Part shown: positions 26,043-38,232 of the stretch, in pieces
Layout: every line of letters begins with the position of its first letter
Position numbering within the stretch: position 1 is the stretch's first letter
Assembly: GCF_004010195.1 (NCBI RefSeq)
Contig: NC_057719.1
Span: forward strand, 19,601,562 to 19,665,561
DNA from: Chiloscyllium plagiosum
Lineage: Eukaryota
Reading direction: 5' to 3'
DNA length: 64,000 nt
Program-made: the position numbers and the translations under genes
Notes under the pieces: generated by a model
Database searches by the model: none
What the model saw: only the letters and a program-made list of their open reading frames with translations
What the model was told of the DNA's origin: nothing

Positions 26043-28122
26043 AAGCTTGTTTTCTCACAAACAATGTAGTTCAGTGTCTCTTAGACAGCTCCATCGCTCT
26101 GCTCTGGAGTCAAGGTGAAGGTGAGGCACATCCACATTATGCCACTAGCTGTCATATGCTAGGTTTAAAGGCCTGGTATAAATGTTAGTGAATGGGTGAA
26201 TGAATGCATGAGTGAATGGGAAGTTTGATAGATGGTACGGTAGTTGAGATAAATGGCTATGTGGGTATGGAGGGTGAGGTCCAAGGTGAATAAAGCGCAG
26301 ATGGGTAAATGTATAGATTGATAGGATGGCAAATGTGTGAGATAATAGATGAGTAAGGTAGCAGGTAGGTTGAAGTGGAGGGTGGGCAGTGTGAAAGTGG
26401 GCGAGATGGCAAGTATGAGGTTGAAGCTTGGTAAGATTATAAATAGGTAGTGCAGTAGGTGGAAGGAATAATAAGTGGTTATTGAGTTTGTAGGTGAGGT
26501 GGGTGGTCGATGAGTGAAGCAGTAGGCAGGTCTAGAATGTCGTCAGATAGCTGGGGGCTGATGGCCTGGTACGTGTGGGTGTAGACAAGGAATCAGGATA
26601 GAGTTGACTGTCAGGGAGTCAGTGTGAGTGATTGGTGAGTCAGTTCTCCAGTTACCAAGAGTTAGTTTAGATTTTATCTATCTACCTTTTTCTAGGTAAC
26701 TATTACATCTGTACAGTCAAAAAATTCTGACTCTAGCTCGACACTGGAGACTTTCATGAAAGGTTCCAGGAAGCAAGGGAGTTGCCCTTTTGAAGTTGAA
26801 ACTTCCCAGGCAATTCCCTCTTGGCTCAGTGAGTTGGGACTTTGCAGGATTCTGATGTGAATCTTTGGTCATACAGTTGCCTCGAAGTTCCAGAGACCAG
26901 AAGCTTTGGAACAAAGTGAACGGCTTCTCAGAGGCACCGACAGTCATCTTCCTCAGGTACATACAGCCTTAATAAACATGGGCTACACTAAGGCAAATTC
27001 CAATCAATGAAATGTTACACCCAATGGTCCAAGGAAGAACAGACACTTGCCTTGAACACCGGTTAAATACATATGATCATCTGAGCAATTTGATGACCCT
27101 CTCCAAACACAAAGGCACAAAGCTTACACAATTCAGGCAAAAATGTGAAGGTCACATTTCAACATTTGTTAGTTTTTTTTGTCATGATCCCAGCTGATGT
27201 TAATACTGAACAAATAGATACCAGATGGGAAATTTAAATCATTAAAAAGGCATGCAATCAAAGAAGCATCCAGACTTCTTAGCACCAAACTGACAAGAAC
27301 AACTGCAAAAAATCTTTATAACACACAAACTACAAAGTAAAAGCTAAACTTAATATTCTACCTTCTTCTTAACACTGCGCAATTCTGACACACTAATCAT
27401 TTGAGAATTATATTCATGTTGGTTTCAAGGTACTTTAATATAATTTAACTTTTTTGTGATCAGATATGAGCAGCCTTCTTCCTGAAGTGCCATCAGAATA
27501 TTAGCAAGACACCATACTTTGTTCTTTACAAACAGTTATTGTGTCAACACTGGATACACCGTGGACTGAATGTTCAATTGCAGGAAAGGCTAAGTAAGGG
27601 TCCAGGACCACAATGAAAATTTTATTCCCAGACAGCATCACAGTACCCCTCTGGCAATAGTGCATAGCTCAGCTAACAATCAAAAATTTTATTACCTTTG
27701 CAGTTCTGCTTTTTAATTTGGATCCTAACTCCTCAAGCACTCTCATAGAATACAATTAATTTCTATTTATGTAGTTGTGTCCTATTTAGACCATAGTAAT
27801 TGGAAGCTTCCTCTCTCTCTCTCTCTCTCAATTTCTTCTCCAGCTGTGAAATGACTTCAACCTTGACATTGGCCAGGCAACATCATCTTTGGATTGGTTG
27901 CAACTGCAGGGAACAATATTTATCCCGCCAACTAGACCATGCCTTATTATGACCACATTTTTTTTGCATCGGTTCTTGAGAGGGCATCTATGCCATGATG
28001 CCATATGGAAACGGTTCTTTTTGAACATAAAATGCTTTCCACAAAATCTAACATGTATATCTAACAAGCAAGCACAAATGAGCAAGTGAAATATCTGCCA
28101 GATGCATTTTCTATGGCAGTTA

Positions 28123-28235
28123 AGATTAGAGTGGTGCTGGAAATGCACAGCAGGTCAGGCAGCATCCGAGGAGCAGGAAAATCGACATTTCAGGCAGTAG
28201 CCCTTCATCAGGAATGAGGCTGGAAGCCTTAGGTG
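28123..28235 (-). mobile_element. PLE pLTR fragment with hammerhead-like core
   Basis: Reverse complement reads cctgatgaagggctactgcctgaaatgtcgatt...ccagcaccactctaatc. Confidence 0.75.
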
Positions 28236-28339
28236 TGGATTTACTATGGCAGACAGTTTGATGATTTAATAAATATTAAATTTAAATTGAATTCAGCATC
28301 AGCAGTATTTGATACTGTGTTAATTTTTAAAATTCTTTC

Positions 28340-29530
28340 ATGTGATTTGGGTATCCCTGGCTACTAGTCCCTAGCTGCCTCTTGAACTGCTGCAGTCCAT
28401 TGGTACACTCATAATGACGTTAGAGAGGATGGTCCAGGATTTGACATAGTGAAAGCAAAGATACAGCGATATTTATTCAAGTCTTGGTGTCTTGAAGGGA
28501 AAATTGCAGATGGTGTTCTTCCCATGTATTTGCTGCCTGTATCCTTCTAGATGGAAATGGTGTTGGGTTTGAAAGGTGCTGTCTAATGAGCCATTGAGAA
28601 TTTCTGCAGTGTATTTGTAGATAGTGCACTTTGCGCCTAATGGATTGTAGTTGTGGAGGGAATGGCTGATTGTGAATGTGATGTCAATCAAGCAGGCTGC
28701 ATTGTCCTGAATGACATCAAGTTTCTTGAGTGTTGATGGACCTCATCCAGGCAAGTGGGAAGTATTCCATCACACACCTGACTTGTGTCTTGCAATTGGT
28801 AGACAGACACTGAGGAGTCAGGAAGTGAATTGTTCACTGCTGCTCATCACACTGACCTCAGCAACCACTTCATTATTATTGTAGTCCATCACCACTGGCA
28901 TTGTTATCATCAGCATAGCACCTATCCTGTTGTAGCCACAGCTACAGCTATGGCTCATTTGTTTCTGGTAATCCCCAGGATGTTGATCGTTGGTGATTCA
29001 GACAAAGTAGTACCTTTCAAAGAATGTTGGTGAATTTCTGTCTTCTTAGACATGGTCATTGCCTGGCACTTGCATGTCATGAATGTTATTTGTCACCTGT
29101 CATCCCAAACCAAGACACTGTTCAGATTTTGCTGCTTTTACTCATGGGCTGCCTTTGAGGAGTCACAAATACTGCTATGCATTGTACAATCATTAACAAA
29201 ATCCCACTTTTGGTGGAGTAAGGTCATTAATGAAGAAGCTGAAACTAGTTGGGTCTAAGGCACTGCCATGAGGAACTCATGTAAAGGTGTCCTGGAGCTG
29301 AGATAACTGACCTCCAACAACCATAATCAGTATCATTACCTGCTTTGACTCCAAGCAGTGGAGAGCTTTCCCACAATTCTCATTGACTCCATTTGGCTCG
29401 GGATCTTCAATGCTACACTCAGTCAAAAGGGCCTTGATGTGAAGAGCAGCTCACCTCATCACAGTTCATCCCATTTAGCATGGTGACAGTGCCACCCAAC
29501 ATGATATATATAGTACTCTCAATGTGAAGA
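28340..29530 (-). mobile_element. CR1/L2-group LINE, decayed (same family as 11672-13325)
   Basis: Shared blocks ccttctagatggaa..ggtttg.aaggtg, atggtcattg.ctggca and tgactccaa.cagtggagag. Confidence 0.7.
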
Positions 29531-30040
29531 CTGGGCATGTTCTTTCTCTCACCAACTGACACAACCCCAATCTGGATGAGCCCAAAGTGATCATTTTATT
29601 AGGGTTCAGCTCTGTTCAGAGAAAAGTGGTGTCTCTGAAAAGAGTCTTTGGCTTCAGATTTTATTCCAACTGCTAAAAAAAAGTTGGCTGTTGTTTTCTC
29701 TCATTGTTTTCTGCCTGTTTGATTCTTCATCTTAAGTACCACTTTCCTCTCAGTTTGCCCGTTAATGATTTTGAGCCTTTCTCCACCTTCCTCCTGATAT
29801 GGAGCATGGCCTGGGATTGAAACATCTCCACTCTGACCACATCGCCTGCCAAAGCTTTCTTTATCACAGCCAGGGACATCTCCTTGCAATTGCTGCAACC
29901 CACCACAGTCTTGTTGCTGTTTCCAGCCAAGGCTAGAGCTGCAAATGCTAGAGTCACTATTGTCATCTGCAAATGGATGGCTGACTATCTATGCATGCTC
30001 AATGGGCAACAGTTATCTTTGCTGACTAATAAAGCATTTT

Positions 30041-30116
30041 TTTTTTTTTTTTTTAGCTTTAAAGGAATGTGTTTAATGAGGAAAGTGAGAGAGAGGTGGA
30101 GGGGTTTTAGGACGGG
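30041..30116 (-). mobile_element. Short poly(A)-tailed retro-insertion
   Basis: Poly-T run with flanking duplication ctaataaagcatttt (30026-30040, 30117-30131). Confidence 0.75.
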
Positions 30117-30367
30117 CTAATAAAGCATTTTTAACATAAGTTCTGCTCTTATTTTATTCGCTCTGTGTTTGTCTTTCTTTGTCACTGAAATAACTTCATA
30201 GAGTCTGGTATCCCATCACCACGTCATCCTTTATCTACGAGTGGAGAGTCCTTGACACTGATCCACCTCCCTCAGAGCCAGCAGTCAGAGTGATCAGGAT
30301 GTCTGATACTCCTTTATTTTTTTTAAAACAATCTCCCCTTCTTCTTTTCAAGTGGTTCTTCATTACT

Positions 30368-30694
30368 TAGAATCCCTACAGTGTGGAAGCAGGCCATTCA
30401 GCCCAGCAAGTCCACACTGACCCTCTGAAGAGTAACCCACCCAGATCCATTCCCTTATTTCTCAATGTTGCCCCAGACTAATGCACCTAACACTACAGGC
30501 AATTTAGCACGACCAATCCACCTAACCTGCTCATCTTTGGATTGTGGAAGGAAACCAGAGCACCCGGAGGAAACCCACACAGACACAGGGAGAATGTGCA
30601 AACCCCACACAGACAGTCACCCAAGGCTGGAATCGAACCCAGGTCCCTGGCGCTGTGAGGCTGCAGTGCTAATTACTGAGCTCTAGTGCCACCC
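30368..30694 (-). mobile_element. HE1-like SINE, full length
   Basis: tagaatccctacagtgtgg...ggaatcgaacccaggtccctggcgctgtgagg...gtgccaccc. Confidence 0.9.
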
Positions 30695-30707
30695 AACATT
30701 CCTGCTT

Positions 30708-30805
30708 TTTTTTTTTGCTTTTTTCCTTTTTTCCCCTTACTACCGCCTAATTAATAGTGCTTATTCTTTTCCCCAGCACCCATGTTGTGTGTGTGCAGAT
30801 GTGAG
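30708..30805 (-). mobile_element. Poly(A) non-LTR 3' end, same family as 9315-9469
   Basis: Reverse complement ctcacatctgcacacacacaacatgggtgctggggaaaagaataagcacta..taggcggtagt..A-rich; flanked by aacattcct(g/a)ctt. Confidence 0.75.
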
Positions 30806-31649
30806 AACATTCCTACTTTTGTTTTGTTTTTACAATAACATTCCTGCTTACATCTGTCATCCAGGGCTCTCTGATTAGACAAGATTAACAGCCCCAATCA
30901 GTGAACTCATATTCTATGAGGTCTGCCTGGCTGAACTCATTAGAATCACAACAATCCCTTTGTTTCTTCTCTCCCTGTTCATCCTATAGACTCACTAATT
31001 TTGATAAGATTTGATGATGCACATTTTAACAGGAAATGCTGTCTTATTTCATACATAGTAATTACCATGTTAAGTAAAAGATAATGTTTATCAATTATGA
31101 ACTCCCCTGCAATCTATATAACCCAACTCTCAGACACTACTATTACACAGGAGTCCCAGATAATGATAACAAAGGAACTTGGCTCAATGTCATGGAGACG
31201 CAGTTGGATCTTCATACTTACTTGGAAGGGTAATGACTGCACTGAATGTTCCATAGCCACCAATACTATAAGAAAATCAATAGGTTTAACGATTACTGTA
31301 ATATTCTCAAAACATGAAGAAAATTCATACTCAAATCACTTATCACTACTTCACATCACTTTGCTAAATTCAGTTGAACTTACCTCCAAGAAACATGTCG
31401 ATATTCAATCGGTAACTGTAACACATTTGTAGCATTTGCACCAAGTGCAGTCTAAGAAAAGAAACATTATTTAACATGATTGTAGGTGTTATTTTTTCAT
31501 TTGCGCTACGTTGAAAATCTTGAGAGACTCCATACGTGACACTGTGCCTTCACTCTTGAAGCAGATATTTACAAAATCATCCTCCCAAAATGATAAAAAA
31601 AACTGCTCATAACAAGACAGGACAAGGCTGACATAGAATACATAGAGCA

Positions 31650-31930
31650 AAGAGTCATAGAGATGTACAGCATGGAAACAGACCCTTCGGTCTAACCCGT
31701 CCATGCCGACCAGATATCCTAACCCAACCTAGTCCCACCTGCCAAGCACCTGACCCATATCCCTCCAAACACCCTTCCTATTCATATACCCATCCAGATG
31801 TCTTTTAAATGTTGAAATTATACCAGCCTCCACCACTTCCTCTGGCAGCTCATTCCATACACATACCATCCTCTGCGTGAAAAGTTGCCCTTTAGGTCTG
31901 TTTTATATCTTTCCCCTCTCACCCTAAACT
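31650..31930 (-). mobile_element. HER1/CR1 LINE 3' end
   Basis: agagtcatagagatgtacagcatggaaacagacccttcgg...ctccaccacttcctctggcagctcattcca. Confidence 0.85.
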
Positions 31931-32391
31931 CTTGTAACATAATTACATTTACATATACATTTTGCCCTATTAATTTCCATTTTCCCTGACTTTCACTTAT
32001 AACATTCAATATAAGGTTTTTTATGCAGAAAATTATTATGGATAACATTTGTTTTGCAGCTCAGACTAGTTCAAGGTTAGTAATCAGCTGTAGTTTTTAT
32101 TTCCATTCTCCTACAAATGTCATAAATTGTGCTGTTTGGGGATTGTAGATGGTTACAATCAGCATCACTGTCACATAACAATTGAATAAGTCAGCTTGCA
32201 TTTAGATACCAAGAATTTTAAATCATAATTTTAGAGACTGAATATCAAATTTTGTCTTGACATCTATCAAATTGCAGAAGTATTCACCCATGGCTTGTTT
32301 CACAATCCAAGTCAAGGCATTTGCTGGCAAGAGCAGCATTTATTATCCAACCCTAGTTGCTCTGGAAGATGGATGGGCTGGGCTGTATATA

Positions 32392-32486
32392 ATTCCTGAA
32401 GAAGGGCTTATGCCCGAAACGTCGATTCTCCTGTTCCCTGGATGCTGCCTGATCTGCTGCGCTTTTCCAGCAACACATTTTCAGCT
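32392..32486 (+). mobile_element. 95-bp PLE pLTR insertion beginning at the hammerhead motif
   Basis: attcctgaagaagggcttatgcccgaaacgtcgatt...cattttcagct, flanked by a 14-bp duplication ctgggctgtatata (32378-32391, 32487-32500). Confidence 0.9.
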
Positions 32487-33429
32487 CTGGGCTGTATATA
32501 GGATCCTTTGTAAAGACTTAATACAGCTGAAAAGTTTGCCAGGCCTTTTGAGAGGGCAGTTCAGAGTCAATCATATCGGCATGGGCCTATCATGAAACCA
32601 ACCAAAGAAAGACAGTTTTCCTTCCTCAGGTAAACAATATAAGATTTTTGTGACAATATGAAGACTTTGAAATCGCTATTTTATTTACTATTTCCAGCTT
32701 TTTATTTCTAGAGATCAAAACATCAAACGGCCGTGACAAAAGTTGATCTCATATTCTCCTGATTAATAGTTAAGATTTCAGGATTGCTTACCCATCTCTT
32801 TTATTCAGTTGTAGAATGTGGGTATTGGGGGCATTTATTGCCCATCTCAGAGGGCAGTTAAAAGTTACCCATATTGCTGTGGGTCTGGAGTCACATGTAG
32901 ACCTGACCACGTAAGGATGACAGTTTCCTTCTGTAAGGGATGTTAATGAACCAGATGGGCTTAGTTCTTAGATTGTTTTTATTGATTTCAAACTCCACCA
33001 TCTTCTATGGCAGGATTTGAACTTGGGTCCCCGGAATGTTACCTGGGTCTCTGGATTAATACTTCAGCCATAATACCATTAAGGCATCACCTCCCCTGCT
33101 ATTTTATTCTACCTTTGTCTTTTAAAAGGCACAAATGAAATTCTATTCTTATTTAAAGTTTGGCAATGTTTGCTGATGCTGAAACTGTGGGGCAACTGTG
33201 CCAGCACCATTGGCGCACACAGTTCCAGATGCTCTACGTTGCTGTGTCACTGTGTGTCCACACTCCACAGAATAGGTGTGATCCCCCGCATCTCAAACTC
33301 TCCCAATTCCCCGGACCCAGATCTCCTCCCTCATCTCCACCCAGTTCCCCATCTCCAGCAGAACTGTGCATGATGAAAAATAGGCACACAATTGAAACAC
33401 TTCAACAAACCTCCTTCACTAGCATCTCC

Positions 33430-33720
33430 ATAGAACATACTGGGTCCAGGTCGATGTGTTTGTTGATTGAATCAGTGGATGAGTGCCATGCCTCTAGGAA
33501 TTCCCATCAACAAGCACATCGACCTGGACCCAATATACTGGCCACTGCAGCCGACAGCTGGAACTGACAACCGGAAGCGGCAGATACAAATCACTATAAA
33601 TGCCAGAGGAAACATCACAGAAGCGCTTCACAGAAGGCTCCCAAGCACTGAGGATGTCACCTAGACAGGGGACGAAACGTCTGCAACACAAAATCCCAGC
33701 TCGGCAAACAGAACCACAAC
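33430..33720 (+). mobile_element. Second PLE family 3' end with short 5' inversion and hammerhead motif
   Basis: LEAWHS/SINKHIDLDP-type C-terminus on opposite strands; gca-ctgagga-t-gtcacct-agac-aggggac-gaaa-c-gtc-tgc at 33645-33684. Confidence 0.8.
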
Positions 33721-33919
33721 AGGGATTTAAACTCATATCTTTAGTTGAACTTTCTGGGTTACTAGCCCAGGAATATAAAGCCATCATGACAACTTACTCG
33801 CTAACCATGCAGTGTTATTGCTGACACATCGAATGCAACATTATGTGGATAGTGCAGTAATGACAGAAAGTAGTATGTAAAACAACCAGTTCAACACAGA
33901 CTTCTTTGAGAATTTGAGC

Positions 33920-34302
33920 TATAGGGAAATGCTGAATCAGCTGGGGCTTTTTTATCTTGGCACGCCAGAGGCTGAGGGATGACCATAAAGAGGTTTATAT
34001 AATCATGAGGGACACGGATAGGGTGAATTGTCATGGTCTTTTCCCCAGAGTCCAAAACTAGAGGGCATAGGTTTAAGGTGAGAGGGGAAAAAACTAAAAG
34101 GGACCTAAAGGGCAATTTTTTCACACAGAGGGTGGTGCATGTACAGAAAGAACTGTCAGAGTAAGTGGTGGAGGTTGGTACAATTGCAACATTTAAAAGA
34201 GATCTGGAGGGATATGAACCAAATGCTGGCAAATTAGACTAGACTAATTTAGGATATCCGGTCAGCATGGATGTGTTGGACTGAAGTATCTGTTTCCGTG
34301 CT
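33920..34302 (+). mobile_element. HER1/CR1 LINE 3' end
   Basis: gaggctgagggatgaccat..gaggtttata..tagagggcataggtttaaggtgagagggg. Confidence 0.8.
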
Positions 34303-34420
34303 GTGATGTGTGTGTTGTCCCAGTCAAAGTGGTGTCCATCTTTGCCTGTATGTATGGAAAATAGTGATAGTGGGTCATGTCTTTCAGTGGCCAATTGGTG
34401 TTCATGTATCCTGGGAGCAA
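34303..34420 (-). mobile_element. PLE GIY-YIG C-terminal fragment
   Basis: RIHEHQLATERHDPLSLFSIHTGKDGHHFDWDNT. Confidence 0.75.
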
Positions 34421-34914
34421 GGATGAATCTCTGGCATTGCAGCGGAGTTATCAGAACATGTTGTTCCCAAGCATTATTCCTCCTTGAAAACTCTGCATTT
34501 TGGTTACATAACTTGCTTTCAAAATATACCACGTAGAAGGACAAGAGTGATGAACTTTTGGGAACAACATCGCCTGCAAGTTCCATTCCAAGCCAAACAC
34601 ATTCCAAGCCTAATATTCTAACAGCAGGCCCATTCCTTTACTGTCTTGGAATCAAAATCCTGGAATTTCCTGCCATACTGGTGGTACTCCATGAGATGAA
34701 TTGCCGTGGTTCAAGAAAATAATTTACGACCACCTTCTCAAGGGCAATTGAGGATGCAAAGCAAATGCTGTCCTTGTCAGTAATACCCACATCATATTAA
34801 AGTATTTGTTTAAAGTAGTCTTTTTAAAATGACCTATTGTCCTAATTTTTGAAGGTTCATTTTGATAATGATTTTTCAGAAGATTTGTAACTCAGGTTGA
34901 TGATAAGTATGTAA

Positions 34915-35350
34915 GTTAGCTTTGCTGAGCTTGAATATTTGTTTTCAGACATTTTGTCGGACAAACTAGCAGGAAACTTGCCACCAGGATGTATGAACAC
35001 CACCTGGCCACTAAGTGACATGACCCACTATCACTAGTTGCCATGCATACAGACAAAGATGGATACCACTTTGACTGGAACAACACACACATCTGAGGAC
35101 AGGTGAAACAAAGACATGCACGAGCATTCTTAGAGGCATGGCATTCTAACCAGAAGTCTATCGATAAACACATTGATTTAGACCTTATCTATCTTCCCTT
35201 GAAAAAAGAACCGGAAATGACATCACTCACCTTAAGAAACCAAGACCTATAAATAGAGAGGCGGGACATACCATCAGCTCTTCACCGGAGACTCTCACTG
35301 ATGATATTACCTAGTATGGTGATAAAACGTCTGAAAACAAACCTTCAAGC
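34915..35350 (+). mobile_element. PLE 3' end (GIY-YIG C-terminus plus pLTR, degenerate hammerhead)
   Basis: VGQTSRKLATRMYEHHLATK*HDPLSL...FLEAWHSN..SIDKHIDLD; tca-ctgatga...gtc-tga at 35295-35334. Confidence 0.8.
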
Positions 35351-36179
35351 AAAGTCCATTTTGATAATTGCATTCCTTTCACACACAAGTACAGATTCAC
35401 AACAGTGCAATTTTCAAGCATTGTGACTTACAGTCAGAGAGTCGCCCAAAGCAGCAACTATTTTAATATCTGCTGGCTTTAAAGTGTGAACTAAAAATCA
35501 GAAAGAGGAGATATCTTTTTAAAAATCTTCATTTAGAATAACAATTGTAAATCAACAAATTATTATAATTATAGCTTTAACAGCTTTGATGTAGAGCTTC
35601 AGTACAGCTGATCAGTAACTGTTTAATGCTGACACTTGAGTGAAAATTCAAAATATTCTATTCTCTAACACTGCCATATTTCAAGCAAAAAGAATAGAAT
35701 TGGACAAATATTCTCAAGTGAAACAATATACAACTGGTTATAAAGAGTGCACAGACACATTAATAGTGTGATAAAAAATATTTCACACTCTAATGCAGAT
35801 AGAAATTTTACTTAATCTAGGAAAAAATTGCAACCTTCTGCTCCCAACTGTAATGTAATTTATATTGCAGGCACCAATAAATAAATCGAAAGAATGCAGA
35901 TGCTGGAAATACTCAGCCAGTCTGGCAGCATTTACAAAGAGTCAATCAAAGAACATTTTGAGTCCAGTCTGATGTTTCTTCTCCAAATGATGATTATTTC
36001 CAGCACTTGCAGTTTTTATATGAGGAAGCAATAGCATATATTTACAGGACGAGCATCACTCTTTGTCATTCTGAATCCTGATGAAGGGTCCTGCCCGAAA
36101 AGTTGCTTCTCTGATTCTGCTTGACCTGCTGTGCTTTTTTCAGCATCACGTATTATCGACTCTAGTATAACACTCTCTG

Positions 36180-36829
36180 TGGCACAAAGCTGGTCCCATT
36201 TTTCTAAAAGCTGTTCTGTTTCTCAAGGATACTGTGTCCTTGATGTTTTTCAGAGGGATCATAAAACTCTCCCAGTTCTGATTAGATTGCTTTGGTATGG
36301 AGATTAAAGGGCATTGAGAGGCCTTTTTATTTATTTGTAAACAGATGAGACCTAAGGCCAAAGTGGCTATGTTTTAGAAGTGACCAATATAACAAAAGGG
36401 GAGTGGGTCAGTTCTCTAGTTGAGCCGATCAGTCCAGAACTAATTGGGAGTTCAACAGTGAGCTGTGTGGAAACAGGTTGCTAAAAAAAAAAACCCTCTC
36501 TTTCTTTCTGTCCTTCTAACTTCAACCTGTAAGCATCTGTTCCATTTTTTAACTGTTGTTTAAGAGGGTTTGCTTACTGGGACTGTTGTGTATATTCAGA
36601 ACAGCATAATTAAGTCTAGATTGGATGGACTGAGTCCTGTGGGGGTTCTTTATTCTGCTCTTGGTGTTTCATTGTGTAATTTTGTGAATACATTTCCATC
36701 TGTTTTACAACCTGGTAATCAGCCTAGCCAACTTAATTTTTACTGTACACTTACCAACACAAATTGTAAAGTTATGGTCTGGGTTATCTGCTCAAGAGTG
36801 TTTTGAGTGGTCTGGCCTAGACCATAACA
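36180..36829 (+). repeat. 5' LTR (650 bp)
   Basis: tggcacaaagctggtccc...ccataaca; roughly 85-90% identical by eye to the 3' LTR over the first ~200 bp. Confidence 0.92.
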
Positions 36830-36832
36830 GAT

Positions 36833-36851
36833 TGGGGGCTCTTTGTGGGAT
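36833..36851 (+). promoter_or_regulatory. Primer-binding site (degenerate tRNA-Pro type)
   Basis: tgggggctc...gggat directly after the 5' LTR resembles TGGGGGCTCGTCCGGGAT. Confidence 0.7.
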
Positions 36852-38033
36852 TTTAAACAGTGAGTGGTAGGTGTTGGTATCTTTGTTTTAGGTGTTGGTT
36901 TGGTTGGGTGGACTAAGCTTGGGATAGTAATGGCTCTTTCAGTCGCCAAAAGTTTTCTGGATGTGGATGCGGTGACTTTGGAAATTTTGCAAAAAGTGAA
37001 TAAGACCAAGCTGCAGGAATTAGCCGAGAAGCTGGAATTGGAACTGCCTGCTTCTGCGAGGAAAGAAGAGGCAATTACAGCAGTAGCTCAGCATTTAAAC
37101 TTGCTGGAGAATTCATCAGAATATATAGAGATAGCAAGAATTCAATTGCAAATGAAGCAGCTTGAGTTAGAGGCGAGAGATAAGGGCAGCAGAAATAAAA
37201 CAGTTTGAGTTACGATTAAAAGCAGAAGAGAGGGAAAAAGAGAGAGCAGCAGAACAGAGAGAAAAAGAGAGAGCAGCCGAAGAGAAAGAAAACGAAAGAG
37301 CATTTGAATTTGAAAAATTGACACTTAAAAAGGAAAATCAGAGTAAAAGGCTGGAGATAAAGGCTGAGCATAGGCACAGTGAGAAAGAGAGTGAGGAGGA
37401 GCAAGCCCCTGGTGGTCAACAGCCGAGTGAGAAACTAGGCTTAAAGCATTGCCGACATTTGATGAGGACGATATGGAAGCCTTTTTCATATCATTTCGTC
37501 ACTGCTAAGCAAATGCAGTGGCCAGTGGCAGTATGGGTTTTGTTGATCCAAACAAAACTTGTCGGTAGGGCTAGTGAGGTATTTGCATCACTATCAGAGG
37601 AGGCACCTGGGGAGTATGAGGACGTGAGAAAAGCCATTTTAAGTGCATATGACCTTGTACCAGAAGTGTATAAACAACGTTTCAGGAATCTAAGGAGGGA
37701 CCCTGGTCAAACCTATATTGAGTTTGAAAGGATCAAACAGAGTAATTTCGATAAATGGATAAGAGCTTTAAAAATCAAGCAAACCTATTAATTACCTCTT
37801 AGAGAGGTAATTATTTTGGAGGAATTCAAAAATTCACTGCCTGAAGTATCCCAACTCATGTGGAAGAGCAGAGAGTTAAAAAAGCAAGGATAGCAGCTGA
37901 AGTGGCCGATGATTATGAGCTAGTCCATAAAACTTGGTTTGGCTTCCAGAATCAATTTCAGTCCATGAGGGATAGAAACTGGGGCAAAGAGAAATCCTCA
38001 TGTGGAAAGGGAAAGGTAGATCTCAGTGAAGAT

Positions 38034-38232
38034 AGAACATAGAACATAGAACATAGAAGAATACAGCGCAGTACAGGCCCTTTGGCCCTCGATGTTGCGC
38101 CGATCCAAGCCCACCTAACCTATACTAACCCACTATCCTCCATATACCTATCCAATGCCCGCTTAAATGCCCATAAAGAGGGAGAGTCCACCACTGCTGC
38201 TGGCAGGGCATTCCATGAACTTACGACTCGCT
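38034..38232 (-). mobile_element. Young CR1-type LINE 3' end nested in gag
   Basis: (agaacat)3 tail, then acaggccctttggccctcgatgttgcgccg...gcagggcattccat; interrupts the gag reading frame. Confidence 0.8.

Larger units (their letters stand above)
30187..30950 (-). mobile_element. Short LTR-like repeat (family of 45419-45630) with stacked insertions; possible decayed internal region toward ~29560
   Basis: tgaaataac...ggtatcccatcacc and gattaacagccccaatcagtgaactcatattctatgaggtc are reverse complements of the 45419 copy. Confidence 0.7.

Noticed and set aside
26170..26640. G/purine-skewed tract (also a pyrimidine tract at 47650-47830)
   Set aside because: Low complexity with no defined period or structure.
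29701..29972. Minus-strand ORF with a signal-peptide-like start (MTIVTLAFAALALAG)
   Set aside because: It lies just inside an LTR-like repeat and is probably decayed retroelement interior; no splice or homology support.
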